Positions 47,601-62,600 of a stretch of DNA of 64,000 nucleotides are shown here, piece after piece. A program made the position numbers and the translations under genes. The notes beneath the pieces were generated by a model. That model was not told where the DNA came from, did not search any database, and worked only from the letters and a program-made list of their open reading frames with translations. Position 1 is the first letter of the stretch. Every line of letters begins with the position of its first letter. Source of the stretch: the human T2T-CHM13v2.0 reference genome, Homo sapiens; the NCBI RefSeq assembly GCF_009914755.1, contig NC_060938.1. One strand, given 5' to 3'.

Positions 47601-50600
47601 ATTCCGTTCCGTTCTGTCCCGTTCCGTTCCATTCCATTTCATTACATTTCATTCCATTGCATTCCACTCGGGTTGATTCCATTCCATTCCATTCCATTCC
47701 ATTCCATTCCGCTCCATTCCATTCCATTCCATTCCGTTCTGGTTGATTCCTTTCCATTCCATTCCATTCCATACCATTCCACTCCATTCTGTTCCATTCC
47801 ATTCAGGTTGATTTGGTTCCATTCCATGCCCTTTTATTCCATTCTATTCCATTCCATTCCATTCCATTCCATTCCATACCATTCCACCAAAGTTGATTGC
47901 ATGTTATTCCATTACATTCAATTCCATTCCATTCCATTCCATTCCATTCCTTTCCACTCGAGTTGATTCCATTCGTTTCCATTCCATTCCATTCCATACC
48001 ATTCCACCAAAGTTGATTGCATATTATTCCATTACATTCAATTCCATTCCATTCCATTCCTTTCCATTCCATTCCATTCTATTCCTTTCCACTCAGGGTG
48101 ATTCCATTCCATTCCATTCCATTGCATTCCATTCCATTGCATTCCGTTCCACTCGGGATGTTTCCATTCCTTTCCATTAGTTTCCATTCCATTCCAATCC
48201 TTTCCATTCCATTCCATTCTATTCCTTTCCACTCAGGGTGATTCCATTGCATTCCATTCCAATGCATTCCTTTCCAGTTGATACCATTGCATTGCATTGT
48301 TTCCATTCCTTTCCATTCCATTCCATTCCATTCCATTCCATTCCATTCCACTCGGTTTTATTCATTGACATTCCATTCCATTCCATTCCATTAGATTCCA
48401 TTCCATTCCATTTCATTCGTCTTGGGTTGATTCCATTCCATTCCATGCCCCTTTATTCCATTCCATTCCATTCCATTCCATTCCATTCCATTCCATTCCA
48501 CTCCATTCCATTCCATAGCATTCCACCAAAGTTGATTGCAGGCTATTCCATTCCATACCATTCCATTCCATTCCATTCCATTCCATTCCATTCCATTCCA
48601 TTCCATTCCATTGCATTCCACTCGGGTTGATTCCATTCCATTCCATTCCATTCCATTCCATTCCATACCCTTTGGGTTGATTCCTTTCCATTCCCTTCCA
48701 TATCATTCCACTCCATTCCGCTCCATTACATTCGGGTTGATTCCGTGCCATTCCATGCCCTTTTATTCCATTCCATTCCATTCCATTCCATTCCATTCCA
48801 TTCCATTCCATTCCATTCCATACGATTCCACCAAAGTTGACTGCATGTTATTCCATTCCATTCCGTTGCATTCCATTCCATTCCCTTCCATTCCCTTCCA
48901 TTCCTTTTCCACTCGGGTTGATTCCATTCCATTCAATTCCGTTCCGTTCCATTCATTTCCATTCCATTGCATTTCATTCCATTGCATTCCACTCGGGTTG
49001 AATCCATTCCATTCCATTCCATTCCATTCCATTCCATTCCATTCCATTCCCTTCTGTTTGATTCCTTTCTATTCCATTCCATTCCATACTATTCCACTCC
49101 ATTCCGTTCGGTTTGATTCCATTCCATTCCGTTCCATTACATTCCATACTATTCAACTAGTGTTGATTCCATACCATTCCATTCCATTGCATTGCATTCC
49201 ATTCCATTCCACTCGTGTTGATTACCTTCCATTGCATTCCAATCCATTCCATTCCATTCCAATCCATTCCATTCCATTCCATTCCATTCCATTCCATTCC
49301 ATTCCACTCGGGTTGATTCCATTCCATTCCATTCCATTCCATTACATTACATTACATTCCACTCCATTCCACTCCATTCCATTCCATTCCTTTCCGCTCG
49401 GGTTGATTCCTTTCCATTCCATTCCAATCCATTCCATTCCATTCAATTCCATTGGGGCCATTCCATTCCATTCCATTCCATTCCGTTCCGTTCCGTTCCA
49501 TTCCATTTAATTCCTTTCCATTGCATTCCGTACCATTCCATTCTATTCTATTCCATTCCATTCCATTCCATGCCATTCCATTCCATTTGACTCAGGTTGA
49601 TTCCGTTCCATTCCATTCCATTCCATTCCATTCCATTCCATTGCATTCCATTCCATTCTATACCTTTCCACTCGGGTTGATTCCATTCCATTCAATTCCG
49701 TTCCGTTCCATTGCATTCCATTTCATTCCATTGCATTCCACTCGGGTTGATTCCATTCCATTCCATTCCATTCCATTCCATTCCATTCCATACCATTCGG
49801 GTTGATTCCTTTCCATTCCATTCCATTCCATACCATTCCACTCCATTCCATTCCATTCCATTCGGGTTGATTGCATTCCATTCCATTCCATTCCATTCCA
49901 TCCATACCATTCCACTAGGGTTGATTCCATACCATTCCATTCCGTTCCGTTCCATTCCGTTGCATACCATTCCACTAGGGTTGATTCCATACCATTCCAT
50001 TCCATTCCATTCCATTCCATTCCATTCCACTCGGGTTGATTCCATTCCATTCCATTCCAATGCATTCCATTCCACTGCATTCCATTCCAGTTGATACCAT
50101 TGAATTGCATTGTTTCCATTCCATTCCCTTCCATTCCATTCCATTCCATTCCATTCCATTCCATTCCATTCCATTCCTTTCCATTCCCTTCCATTCCATT
50201 CCATTCCATTCCATTCCATTCCATTCCTTTCCATTCCCTTCCATTCCATTCCATTCCATTCCATTCCATTCCTTTCCATTCCACTCGGTTTGAATCATTT
50301 CCATTCCATTCCATTCCATTCCATTCCATTCCATTCCATACCTTTCCACCAAAATTGATTGCATGCTATTCCATTCCATTCCGTTCCATTCCATTCAATT
50401 CCTTTCCTTTCCACTTGGGTTGATTCCATTTCATTCAATTCCGTTCCGTTCTGTCCCGTTCCGTTCCATTCCATTTCATTACATTTCATTCCATTGCATT
50501 CCACTCGGGTTGATTCCATTCCATTCCATTCCATTCCATTCCATTCCGCTCCATTCCATTCCATTCCATTCCACTCCATTCCATTCCATTCCATTCCGTT

Positions 50601-53600
50601 CTGGTTGATTCCTTTCCATTCCATTCCATTCCATACCATTCCACTCCATTCTGTTCCATTCCATTCAGGTTGATTTGGTTCCATTCCATGCCCTTTTATT
50701 CCATTCTATTCCATTCCATTCCATTCCATTCCATTCCATTCCATTCCATTCCATACCATTCCACCAAAGTTGATTGCATGTTATTCCATTACATTCAATT
50801 CCATTCCATTCCATTCCATTCCTTTCCACTCGAGTTGATTCCATTCGTTTCCATTCCATTCCATTCCATACCATTCCACCAAAGTTGATTGCATATTATT
50901 CCATTACATTCAATTCCATTCCATTCCATTCCTTTCCATTCCATTCCATTCTATTCCTTTACACTCAGGGTGATTCCATTCCATTCCATTCCATTGCATT
51001 CCATTCCATTGCATTCCATTCCACTCGGGATGTTTCCATTCCTTTCCATTAGTTTCCATTCCATTCCATTCCTTTCCATTCCATTCCATTCTATTCCTTT
51101 CCACTCAGGGTGATTCCATTGCATTCCATTCCAATGCATTCCTTTCCAGTTGATACCATTGCATTGCATTGTTTCCATTCCTTTCCATTCCATTCCATTC
51201 CATTCCATTCCATTCCATTCCACTCGGTTTTATTCATTGACATTCCATTCCATTCCATTCCATTAGATTCCATTCCATTCCATTTCATTCGTCTTGGGTT
51301 GATTCCATTCCATTCCATGCCCCTTTATTCCATTCCATTCCATTCCATTCCATTCCATTCCATTCCACTCGGGTAGATTCCATTCCATTCCATTCCATTC
51401 CATTACTTTCTAATCGGGTTGATTCCAATCCATTCCATTATATTCAAGTCCTTTCCATTCCATACCATTCCACTCAGGTTGTTTCAATTTTGATTTATTC
51501 CATTCCATTCCTTTCCATTCCATTCCATTCCTTTCCATTCCATTCCATTGCATTCCATTCCATTGCATTCCATTCCACTCACGTTGTTTCCATTCCTTTC
51601 CATTAGTTTCCATACCATTCCATTCCTTTCCATTCCATTCCATTCTATTCCTTTCCACTCAGGGTGATTCCATTCCATTCTATTCCATTGCATTCCATTC
51701 CATTGCATTCCAGTGCACTCGGGTTGTTTCCATTCCTTTCCATTAGTTTCCATTCCATTCCATTCCTTTCCATTCCATTCCATTCCATTCCACTCGGTTT
51801 TATTCATTGACATTCCATTCCATTCCATTCCATTCCATTCCATTCCATTTCATTCCTCTCGGGTTGATTCCATTCCATTCCATGCTCCTTTATTCCATTC
51901 CATTCCATTCCATTCCATTCCATTCCATTCCATTCCATACCATTACACCAAAGTTGATTGCATGCTATTCCATTCCATACCATTCCATTCCATTCCATTC
52001 CATTCCATTCCATTCCATTCAATTCCATTCCTTTCCACTTGGGTTGATTCCATTCCATTCAATTCCTTTCCGTTCCGTTCTGTTCCATTCCATTCCATTC
52101 CATTCCATTTCATTCCATTGCATTCCACTCGGGTTGATTCCATTCCATTCCATTCCATTCCATTCCATTCCATTCCATTCCATACCCTTCGGGTTGATTC
52201 CTTTCTATTCCATTCCATTCCATACAATTCCACTCCATTCCATACCATTCCACTCCATTCCATTCCATTCCATTCGGGTTGATTGCATTCCATTCCGTTC
52301 CGTTCCATTCCATTCCATACCATTCCATTAGGGTTGATTCCATACCATTCCATTCCGTTCCGTTCCATTCCATTCCATAAAATTCCACTAGGGTTGATTC
52401 CATGCCATTCCATTCCATTGCATTCCATTCCATTCCATTCCACTTGGGTTGATTCCATTCCATTCCATTCCAATGCATTCCATTCCACTGCATTTCATTC
52501 CAGTTGATACCATTGAATTGCATTGTTTCCATTCCATTCCATTCCATTCCATTCCATTCCATTCCATTCCATTCCATTCCACTCGGTTTGATTCATTTCC
52601 ATTCCATTCCATTCCATACCATTCCACCAAAGTTGATTGCATGCTATTCCATTCCATTCCGTTCCATTCCATGCAATTCCATTCCTTTCCACTTGGGTTG
52701 ATTCCATTCCATTCAATTCCGTTCCGTTCTGTCCCGTTCCGTTCCATTCCATTTCATTACATTTCATTCCATTGCATTCCACTCGGGTTGATTCCATTCC
52801 ATTCCATTCCATTCCATTCCATTCCATTCCATTCCATTCCATTCCCTTCTGGTTGATTCCATTCCATTCCATTCCATTCCATTCCATTCCATTCCATTCC
52901 ACTCGGTTTTATTCATTGACATTCCATTCCATTCCATTCCATTCCATTCCATTTCATTCCTCTCGGGTTGATTCCATTCCATTCCATTCCATTCCATTCC
53001 ATTCCATTCCACTGCATTCCATTCCAGTTGATACCATTGAATTGCATTGTTTCCATTGCATTCCATTCTATTCCATTCCATTCCATTCCATTCCATTCCA
53101 CTCGGTTTGATTCATTTCCATTCCATTCCATTCCATTCCATTCCATTCCATTCCATTCCATTCCATTCCTTTACACTCGGGTTGATTCCATTCCATTCAA
53201 TTCCGTTCCGTTCCTTTCCGTTCCATTGCATTCCATTTCATTCCATTGCATTCCACTCAGGTTGATTCCATTCCATTCCATTCCATTCCATTCCATTCCA
53301 TTCCATTCCATTCCATACCATTCGGGTTGATTCCTTTCCATTCCATTCCATTCCATACCATTCCACTCCATTCCATTCCATTCCATTCGGGTTGATTGCA
53401 TTCCATTCCGTTCCATTCCATTCCATTCCATACCATTCCACTAGGGTTGATTCCATACCATTCCATTCAGTTCCGTTCCATTTCATTCCATACGATTCCA
53501 CTAGGTTTGATTCCATACCATTCCATTCCATTGCATTCCATTCCATTCCATTCCACTCGGGTTGATTCCATTCCATTCCATTCCAATGCATTCCATTCCA

Positions 53601-56600
53601 CTGCATTTCATTCCAGTTGATACCATTGAATTGCATTGTTTCCATTCCATTCCATTCCATTCCATGCCATTCCATTCCATTCTATTCCATTCCACTCGGT
53701 TTGATTCATTTCCATTCCATTCCATTCCACACCATTCCACCAAATTTGATTGCATGCTATTCCATTCCTTTCCGTTCCATTCCATTCAATTCCATTCCTT
53801 TCCACTTGGGTTGATTCCATTGAATTCAATTCCGTTCCGTTCTGTCCCGTTCCGTTCCATTCCATTTCATTACATTGCATTCCATTGCATTCCACTCGGG
53901 TTGATTCCATTCCATTCCATTCCATTCCATTCCATTCCATTCCATTCCATACGATTCCACCAAAGTTGATTGCATGTTATTCCATTCCATTCCATTTCAT
54001 TCCATTCAATTCCATTCCATTCCATTCCTTTCCATTCCATTCCATTCCTTTCCATTCGGGTTGATTCCATTCCATTCAATTCCGTTCCGTTCCGTTCCGT
54101 TCCGTTCCATTGCATTCCATTTCATTCCATTGCATTCCACTCGGGTTGATTCCATTCCATTCCATTCCATTCCATTCCATTCCATTCCATTCCATTCCAT
54201 ACCCTTCGGGTTGATTCCTTTCCATTCCATTCCATTCCACACCATTCCACTCCATTCCATTCCATTCCATTCCATTCTGTTTGATTGCATTCCATTCCGT
54301 TCCATTCCATTCCATTCCATACCATTCCACTAGGGTTGATTCCATACCATTCCATTCCGTTCTGTTCCATTCCATTCCATACCATTCCACTAGGGTTGAT
54401 TCCATACCATTCCATTCCATTGCATTCCATTCCATTCCATTCCACTCGGGTTGATTCCATTCCATTCCATTCCACAGCATTCCATTCCAGTTGATACCAT
54501 TGAATTGCATTGTTTCGATCCCATTGCATTCCATTCCATTCCATTCCATTCTATTCCACTCGGTTTGACTCATTTCTATTCCATTCCATTTCATTCCATT
54601 CCATTCCATTCCATTCCATTCCATACAATTCCACCAAAGTTGATTGCATGCTATTCCATTCCATTCCGTTACATTCCATTCAATTCCATTCCTTTCCACT
54701 TGGGTTGATTCCATTCCATTCAATTCCGTTCCATTCTGTCCCGTTCCATTCTATTCCATTCCATTCCATTCTACTACATTCCATTCCATTCCATTCCCTT
54801 CTGGTTGATTCCTTTCCATTCCATTCATTCCATACCATTCCACTCCATTCCGTTCCATTCCATTCGGGTTGATTTGGTTCCGTTCCATGCCCTTTTATTC
54901 CATTCTATTCCATTCCATTCCATTCTATTCCATTCCATTCCATTGCATTCCATTCCATACCATTCCACCAAAGTTGATTGCATGTTTTTCCATTACATTC
55001 AACTCCATTCCATTCCATTCCATTCCATTCCATTCCTTTCCACTCGGGTTGATTCCATTCCATTCCATTCCATTCCATTCCATTCCATTCCATTCCTTTC
55101 CATACCCTTCGGGTTTATTCCTTTCCATTCCATTACATTCCATACCATTCCATTTCATTCTTTTCCATTCCATTCGGGTTGACTCCATTCCATTCCATGC
55201 CCTTTTATTCCATTCCATTCCATTCCATTCCATTCCATTCCATTCCATACCATTCCACCAAAGTTGATTGCATGTTATTCCATTCCATTCCATTCCATTC
55301 CATTCCATTCCATTCCATTCCATTCCTTTCCATTCCTTTCCACTCGGGTTCATTCCATTCCATTCAATTCCATTCCATTCTTTTCTGTTCCGTTCCATTC
55401 CATTCCATTTCATTCCATTGTATTCCACTCGGGATGATTCCATTCCATTCCATGCCATTCCATTCCATTCCATTCCCTTCGAGTTGATTCCTTTCCATTC
55501 CATTCCATTCCATTCCATACCATTCCACTCCATTCCGTTCCATTCTATTCGGGTTGATTCCGTTCCATTCCATGCCCTTTTATTCCATTACATTCCATTC
55601 CGTTCCTTTCCATTCCATACCATTCCATTCCATTCAATTCCACTCGGATTCTGTCTATTCCATTCCATTCCATTCCGTTATGTTCCATTGCATTCTATAC
55701 CATTCCATTCCACTCGGGATGATCTATTCCATTCCATTCCATTCCATTCCATTCCATTCCATTCCCTTCGAGTTGTTTCCTTTCCATTCTATTCCATTCC
55801 ATTCCATACCATTCCACTCCATTCCGTTCCATTCTATTCGGGTTGATTCCGTTCCATTCCATGCCCTTTTATTCCATTCCATTCCATTGCATTCCATTCC
55901 ATTCCATACCATTCCATTCCATTCAATTCCACTCGTATTCAGTCTATTCCATTCCATTCCATTCCGTTATGTTCCATTGCATTCCATACCATTCCATTCC
56001 ACTCGGGATGATTCCATTCCATTCCATTCCATTCTGTTCCATTCCATCGCATTCCATTCCATTCCATTCCACGCAGGTTGACTCCATTCCATTCCATTCT
56101 GTTCCATTCCACTCGGGGTGATTCTTTTCCGTTCCTTTCCATTTCATTCCATTCCATTCCATTCCATTCAATACCACTCCATTGTATTCTATTCCACTCC
56201 GGTTGATTCCTTTCCATTCCTTTCCATACCATATCACTCGGGTTGATTCCATTCCATTACTTTCGATTTTATTCCATTCCATTCCGTTCTATTCCATTCC
56301 ATTCCATACCATTCCACTCGGGTTCATTCCATACCATTCCATTCCATTCCATTCCATTCCATTCCATTCGGGTCGATTCCTTTCCCATCCATTCCATTCC
56401 ATTCCATTCAATTCCATTGCATTCCACTCCATTCCATTACATTCCAATCCACTCTGGTTGATTCCATTCCATTCCATTCCAATCGATTCCATTCCATTGC
56501 TTTCCAAGCCATTCCATTACATTCCATTCCACTCATGTTGATTCCGTTCCATTCCATTACAATCCATTCCATTCCATTTCATTCCATTCCATTGTATTCC

Positions 56601-59600
56601 ATTCCACTCGGGTTGTTTCCATTCCATTCCAGTAATTTCCATTCCATTCCATTCCATTCCATTCCATTCCATTCCATTCCATTCCATTCCATTCCATTCC
56701 ATTCCATTTGACTCAGGTTGATTCCGTTCCATTCCATTCCATTCCATTTCATTCCAGTTGATTCCATTGCATTCCATTCCTTTCCATTCCGTTCCATTCC
56801 ACTCCATTCCACTCTGGTTGATTCCATTCCATTCCATTCCATTCCATTCCGTTCTACTCAGGTTGATTCCTTTCAATTCCATTCCATTTTATTCCACTCC
56901 ACTCGGGTTGATTCCATTCCATTCCATTCCATTCCATTTCATTCCATTCGTGTTGATTGCATTGCATTCCATTCCATTCCTCTCCATTCCATTCCATTTC
57001 ATTCCATTCCAATTTTTTCCATTCCTTTCCATTCCATTCCATTCCGTTCCTTTCTACTCGGGTTGATTCCATTCCATTCCATTTCATTGCATTCGATTTC
57101 ATTCCACTGGTGTTTATTCCATTCCACTCCATTCCATTCCATTCCATTCCATTCCATTCGGGTTTATTCCATTTCATTCCATTCCATTCCATTCCATTGC
57201 ATTCCCTTCAATTCCATTCCATTCCATTCCATTCCATTCCATTCCATTGCATTCCATTCCATTGCATTCCATTCCACTCGGGTTGTTTCCATTCCTTTCA
57301 ATTAGTTTCCATTCCATTCCATTCCTTTCCATTCCATTCCATTCTATTCCTTTCCACTCACGGTGATTCCATTCCATTCAATTCCAATGCATTCCATTCC
57401 AGTTGATACCATTGCATTCCGTTGTTTCCATTCCATTCCATTCCATTCCACTCGGTTTTATTCATTGACATTCCCTTCAATTCCATTCCATTCCATTCCA
57501 TTCCATTTCATTCCACTCGGGTTGATTCCATTCCATTCCATGCCCCTTTATTCCATTCCATTCCATTCCATTCCATTCCATTCCACCAAAGTTGATTGCA
57601 GGCTATTCCATTCCATTCCATTCCATTCCATTCCATTCCATTCCATTCCATTCCATTCCATTCCTTTCCACTTGGGTTGATTCCACTCCATTCAATTCCG
57701 TTCCGTTCCGTTCTGTTCCATTCCATTCCATTCCATTCCATTCCATTTCATTCCATTGCATTCCACTCGGGTTGATTCCATTCCATTCCATTCCATTCCA
57801 TTCCATTCCATTCCATTCCACTCCATACAGTTCGGGTTGATTCCTTTCCATTCCATTCCATTCCATACAATTCCACTCCATTCCGTTCCATTCCATTCGG
57901 TTTGATTCTGTTCCATTCCATGCCCTTTTATTCCATTCCATTCCATTCCATTCCATTCCATTCCATTCCACCAAAATTGATTGCATGCTATTCCATTCCA
58001 TTCCGTTCCATTCCATTCCATTCCATTGCATTCCATTCCATTCCATTCCTTTCCACTCGAGTTGATTCCATTGTATTCAATTCCGTTCTGTTCCGTTCTG
58101 TTCCATTCCATTCCACTCCATTTCATTCCGTTGTATTGCACTCGAGTTGATTCCATTCCTTTCCATTCCATTCCATTCCATTCCATTCCATTCCATTCAA
58201 TTCCATTCCCTTCGGGTTGATTCCTTTCCATTCCATTCCATATCATTCCACTCCATTCCGCTCCATTCATTTCGGGTTGATTCCGTTCCATTCCATGCCC
58301 TTTTATTCCATTCCATTCCATTCCATTCCATTCCATTCCATTCGATTCCACCAAAGTTGATTTCATGTTATTCTATTCCATTCCATTTCATTCCATTCAA
58401 TTCCATTGCATTCCATTCCTTTCCACTCGGGTTGATTCCATTCCATTCAATTCCGTTCCGTTCCGTTCCATTCCGTTCCATTGCATTGCATTTCATTCCA
58501 TTGCATTCCACTCGGGTTGATTCCATTCCATTCCATTCCTTGCTATTCCATTGCATTCCATTCCATTCCATTCCATACCCTTCGGGTTGATTCCTTTCCA
58601 TTCCATTCCATTCCATACCATTCCACTCCATTCCATTCGGGTTGATTTCATTCCATTCCGTTCCGTTCCATTCCATTCCATACCATTCCACTGGGGTTGA
58701 TTCCATACCATTCAATTCCGTTCCGTTCCATGCCATTCCATACCATTCCACTAGGGTTGATTCCATACCATTCCATTCCATTGCATTCCATTCCATTCCA
58801 TTCCACTCGGGTTGATTCCATTCCATTCCATTCCAATGCATTCCATTACACTGCATTCCATTCCAGTTGATACCATTGAATTGCATTGTTTCCATTCCAT
58901 TCCATTCCATTCCATGCCATTCCACGCGGATTGATTCATTTCCATTCCATTCCATTCCATTCCATTCCATTCCATACAATTCCACCAAAGTTGATTGCAT
59001 GCTATTCCATTCCATTCCGTTCCATTCCATTCAATTCCATTCCTTTCCACTTGGGTTGATTCGATTTCATTCAATTCCGTTCTGTTCTGTCCCGTTCCGT
59101 TCCATTCCATTTCATTACATTTCATTCCATTGCATTCCACTCGGGTTGATTCCATTCCATTCCACTCCATTCAATTCCATTCCATTCCATTCCATTCCAT
59201 TCCACTCCATTCCATTCCATTCCATTCCCTTCTGGTTGATTCCTTTCCATTCCATTCCATTCCATACCATTCCACTTCATTCCATTCCATTCCATTCCAT
59301 TCGGGTTGATTTGGTTCCATTCCATGCCCTTTTATTCCATTCCATTCCATTCCATTCCATTCCATTCCATTCCATTCCATTCCATTCCATACCATTCCAC
59401 CAAAGTTGATTGCATGTTTTTCCATTTCATTCAATTCCATTCCATTCCATTCCATTCCATTCCATTCCATTCCTTTCCACTCGGGTTGATTCCATTCCTT
59501 TCCAATCCATTCCATTCCATTCCATTCCATTCCTTTCCATACCCTTCGGGTTGATTCCTTTCCATTCCATTACATTCCATACCATTCCACTTCATTCCGT

Positions 59601-62600
59601 TCCATTCCATTCGGGTTGACTCCATTCCATTCCATGCCCTTTTATTCCATTCCATTCCATTCCATTCCATTCCATTCCATTCCATTCCATACCATTCCAC
59701 CAAAGTTGATTGCATGTTATTCCATTCCATTCCATTGCATTCCATTCCATTCCATTCCATTGCATTCCTTTCCACTCGGGTTCATTCCATTCCATTCAAT
59801 TCCATTCCATTCCTTTCTGTTCCGTTCCATTCCATTCCATTTCATTCCATTGTATTCCACTCGGGTAGATTCCATTCCATTCCATTCCATTCCATTCCAT
59901 TCCATTGCATTCCATTCCATTCCGTTCCACTCGGGTTGTTTCCATTCCATTCCATTCCATTCCATTTTATTACACTCCACTCGGGTTGATTCCTTTCCAT
60001 TCCTTTCCTTTCCGTTCCCGTTGATTCCATTGCATTCCATTCCTTTCAATTCCACTCCATTCCATTCCATTCCACTCGGGTTGATTCCATTCCATTCCAT
60101 TCCATTCCGTTCCGTTCTAATCGGGATGATTCCATTCCATTCCATTCCATTTTATTCCACTCCATTCTGGTGGATTCCATTCCATTCCATTCCATTCCAT
60201 TCCATTCCATTCCATTCCACTCAGGTTGATTCAGTTCCTTTTCATTCAATTCCATTCCATTTCACTCGGGTTGATTCCATTCCATTCCTTTCCATTTTGT
60301 TCCATTCCATTCTGTTCCATTCCATTCCATTCAATACCATTGAACTCGGGATCATTCCATACCATTCCATTCCATTCAATTCCATTCGGGTTGATTCCAT
60401 CCTTTCCATTCCATTACATTCCATTCCACTCGACTTGATTCCATTCCAATCCAATCCATTCCATTCCACTCGAGTTGATTCCATTCCATTCCAATCCATT
60501 CCATTCAATTCCATTCCATTCCATTCGGGTTCATTCCATTCGATTCCATTCCATTTCGTTTCGTTCCATTCCATTCCATGAAATTCCTTTGCATTCCATT
60601 CCATTCCATTCCATTCCATTCCATTCCATTCCATTCCATTCCATTCCATTCCATTCCATTCCATTCCACTCGGGTTGATTCCAAACCATTCCATTCCATT
60701 CTTTCTTTCCATTCCATTCCATTCCATTCCAGTTGGGTTGATTCCATTCCATTCCATTGCATTTATATCCATTAGACCCGGTTTGATTCCGTAGCGTTCC
60801 ATTCCATTCCATTCCATTCCATTCCATTCCATTCCTTTCCATTCCATTCCGTTCCATTCCTTTCGGGTATATTCCATTCCATGCCATACCATTCCATTCC
60901 TTTCCACTCCATTCCATTCCAATCCATTCCATTCCATTCCATTCCATTCCATTCCATTCCATTCCAGTTGATTCCATTCCCTTCCATTCCATTCCATTCT
61001 ATTCCATTCCTCTCGGGTTGCTTATACTGCATTCTATTGCATTATATTCCATTTCATTCCACTATGGTTGATTCCATTCCATTCCATTCCATTCCATAAC
61101 ATTCCAATCGGGTTCATTGTATTCCATTCCACTCCATTCCATTCCATTTCACTCGGGTTGATTCCATTGCATTAAATTACATTTTATTCCATTCCATTCC
61201 GTTCCATTCCATTCCATTGCATTCGATATTATTCCTCTCGGGTTGATCCCATACCATTCCATTCCGCTCCATTCCATTCCATTCCTTTCCATTCCATTCC
61301 ATTCATTCCACTAGGGTTGATTCCATTCCATTTCATTCCATTCAATTTCAATGCATTCCATTCCACTCGTGTTGTTTCCATTCCATTCCAGTAGTTTCCA
61401 TTCCATTCCATTCCATTCCATTCCATTCCATTCCATTCCATTTGACTCAGGTTGATTCCTTTCAATTTCATTCCATTCCATTCCATTCCATTCCTTTCCA
61501 TTCCATTCCATTCCAGTTGATTCCATTGCATTCCATTCCATTCCATTCCATTCCATTCCATTCCATTCCAATCCATTCCATTCCACTCGGGTTGATTCCA
61601 TTCCATTCCATTTTAATCCACTCCACTCGGGTTGATTCCATTCCATTCCATTCCATTGCATTCCATTCCATTCCATTCCATTCCATTCCATTCCATTCCT
61701 TTCCACTGAGGTTGATTCAGTTGCTTTCCATTCCATTCCATTGCATTCCATTCCAGTTGATTCCATTGCATTCCATTCAATTCAAATGCATTCCATTCCA
61801 TTTGGGTCGATTCCATTCCATTCCATTCCATTCCATTCCATTCCATTCCATTCCTTTCATTTACATTACACTCCGGTTGATTCCATAGCATTCCATCCCA
61901 TTCCATTCCATTCCATCCCATTCCATTCCATTCCATTCCATTCCATTTCCCTCCATTACATTCCATTCCACGCCATTACATTCCATTCCATTCCACCCGG
62001 ATTGATTCCATTCCATTCCATTCCATTCCAGTTGATTCCATTGGATTTGATTCCGTTCCATTCCATTCCATTCCGTTCCATTCCATTCCATTCCACTCGA
62101 GTTGATTCCAATCCATTCCATTGCATTACATTCCATTTCATTCCAATCGGGTGGATTCGATTCCATTCCATTCCTTTATATTCCACTCCACTCTGGTTGA
62201 TTCCATTCCATTCCATTCCATTCCATTCCATTCCATTCCATTCCATTCCATTCTATTGCATTCCATTCCATTCCATTCCATTCCATTCCATTCCATTCCA
62301 TTCCACTCGGGTTGATTCCATTCCATTCCATTCCACTCCACTCGGGTTGATTCCATTCCATTCCATTCCATTGTATTCCATTCCATTCCATTCCATTCCA
62401 CTCGTGATGATTCCCTTACATTCCATTCCATTCCATTCCAGTTGGGTTGACTCTATTCCGTTCCTTTCCATTTCATTCCATAACATTCCATTCCATTCCA
62501 TTCCATTCCGTTCCATTCCATTCGTGTTGATTCCATTCCATTCCATTCCACTCCATTCCAATCCATTATATTCCAATCGGATTGAATCCATTCCTTTCGA

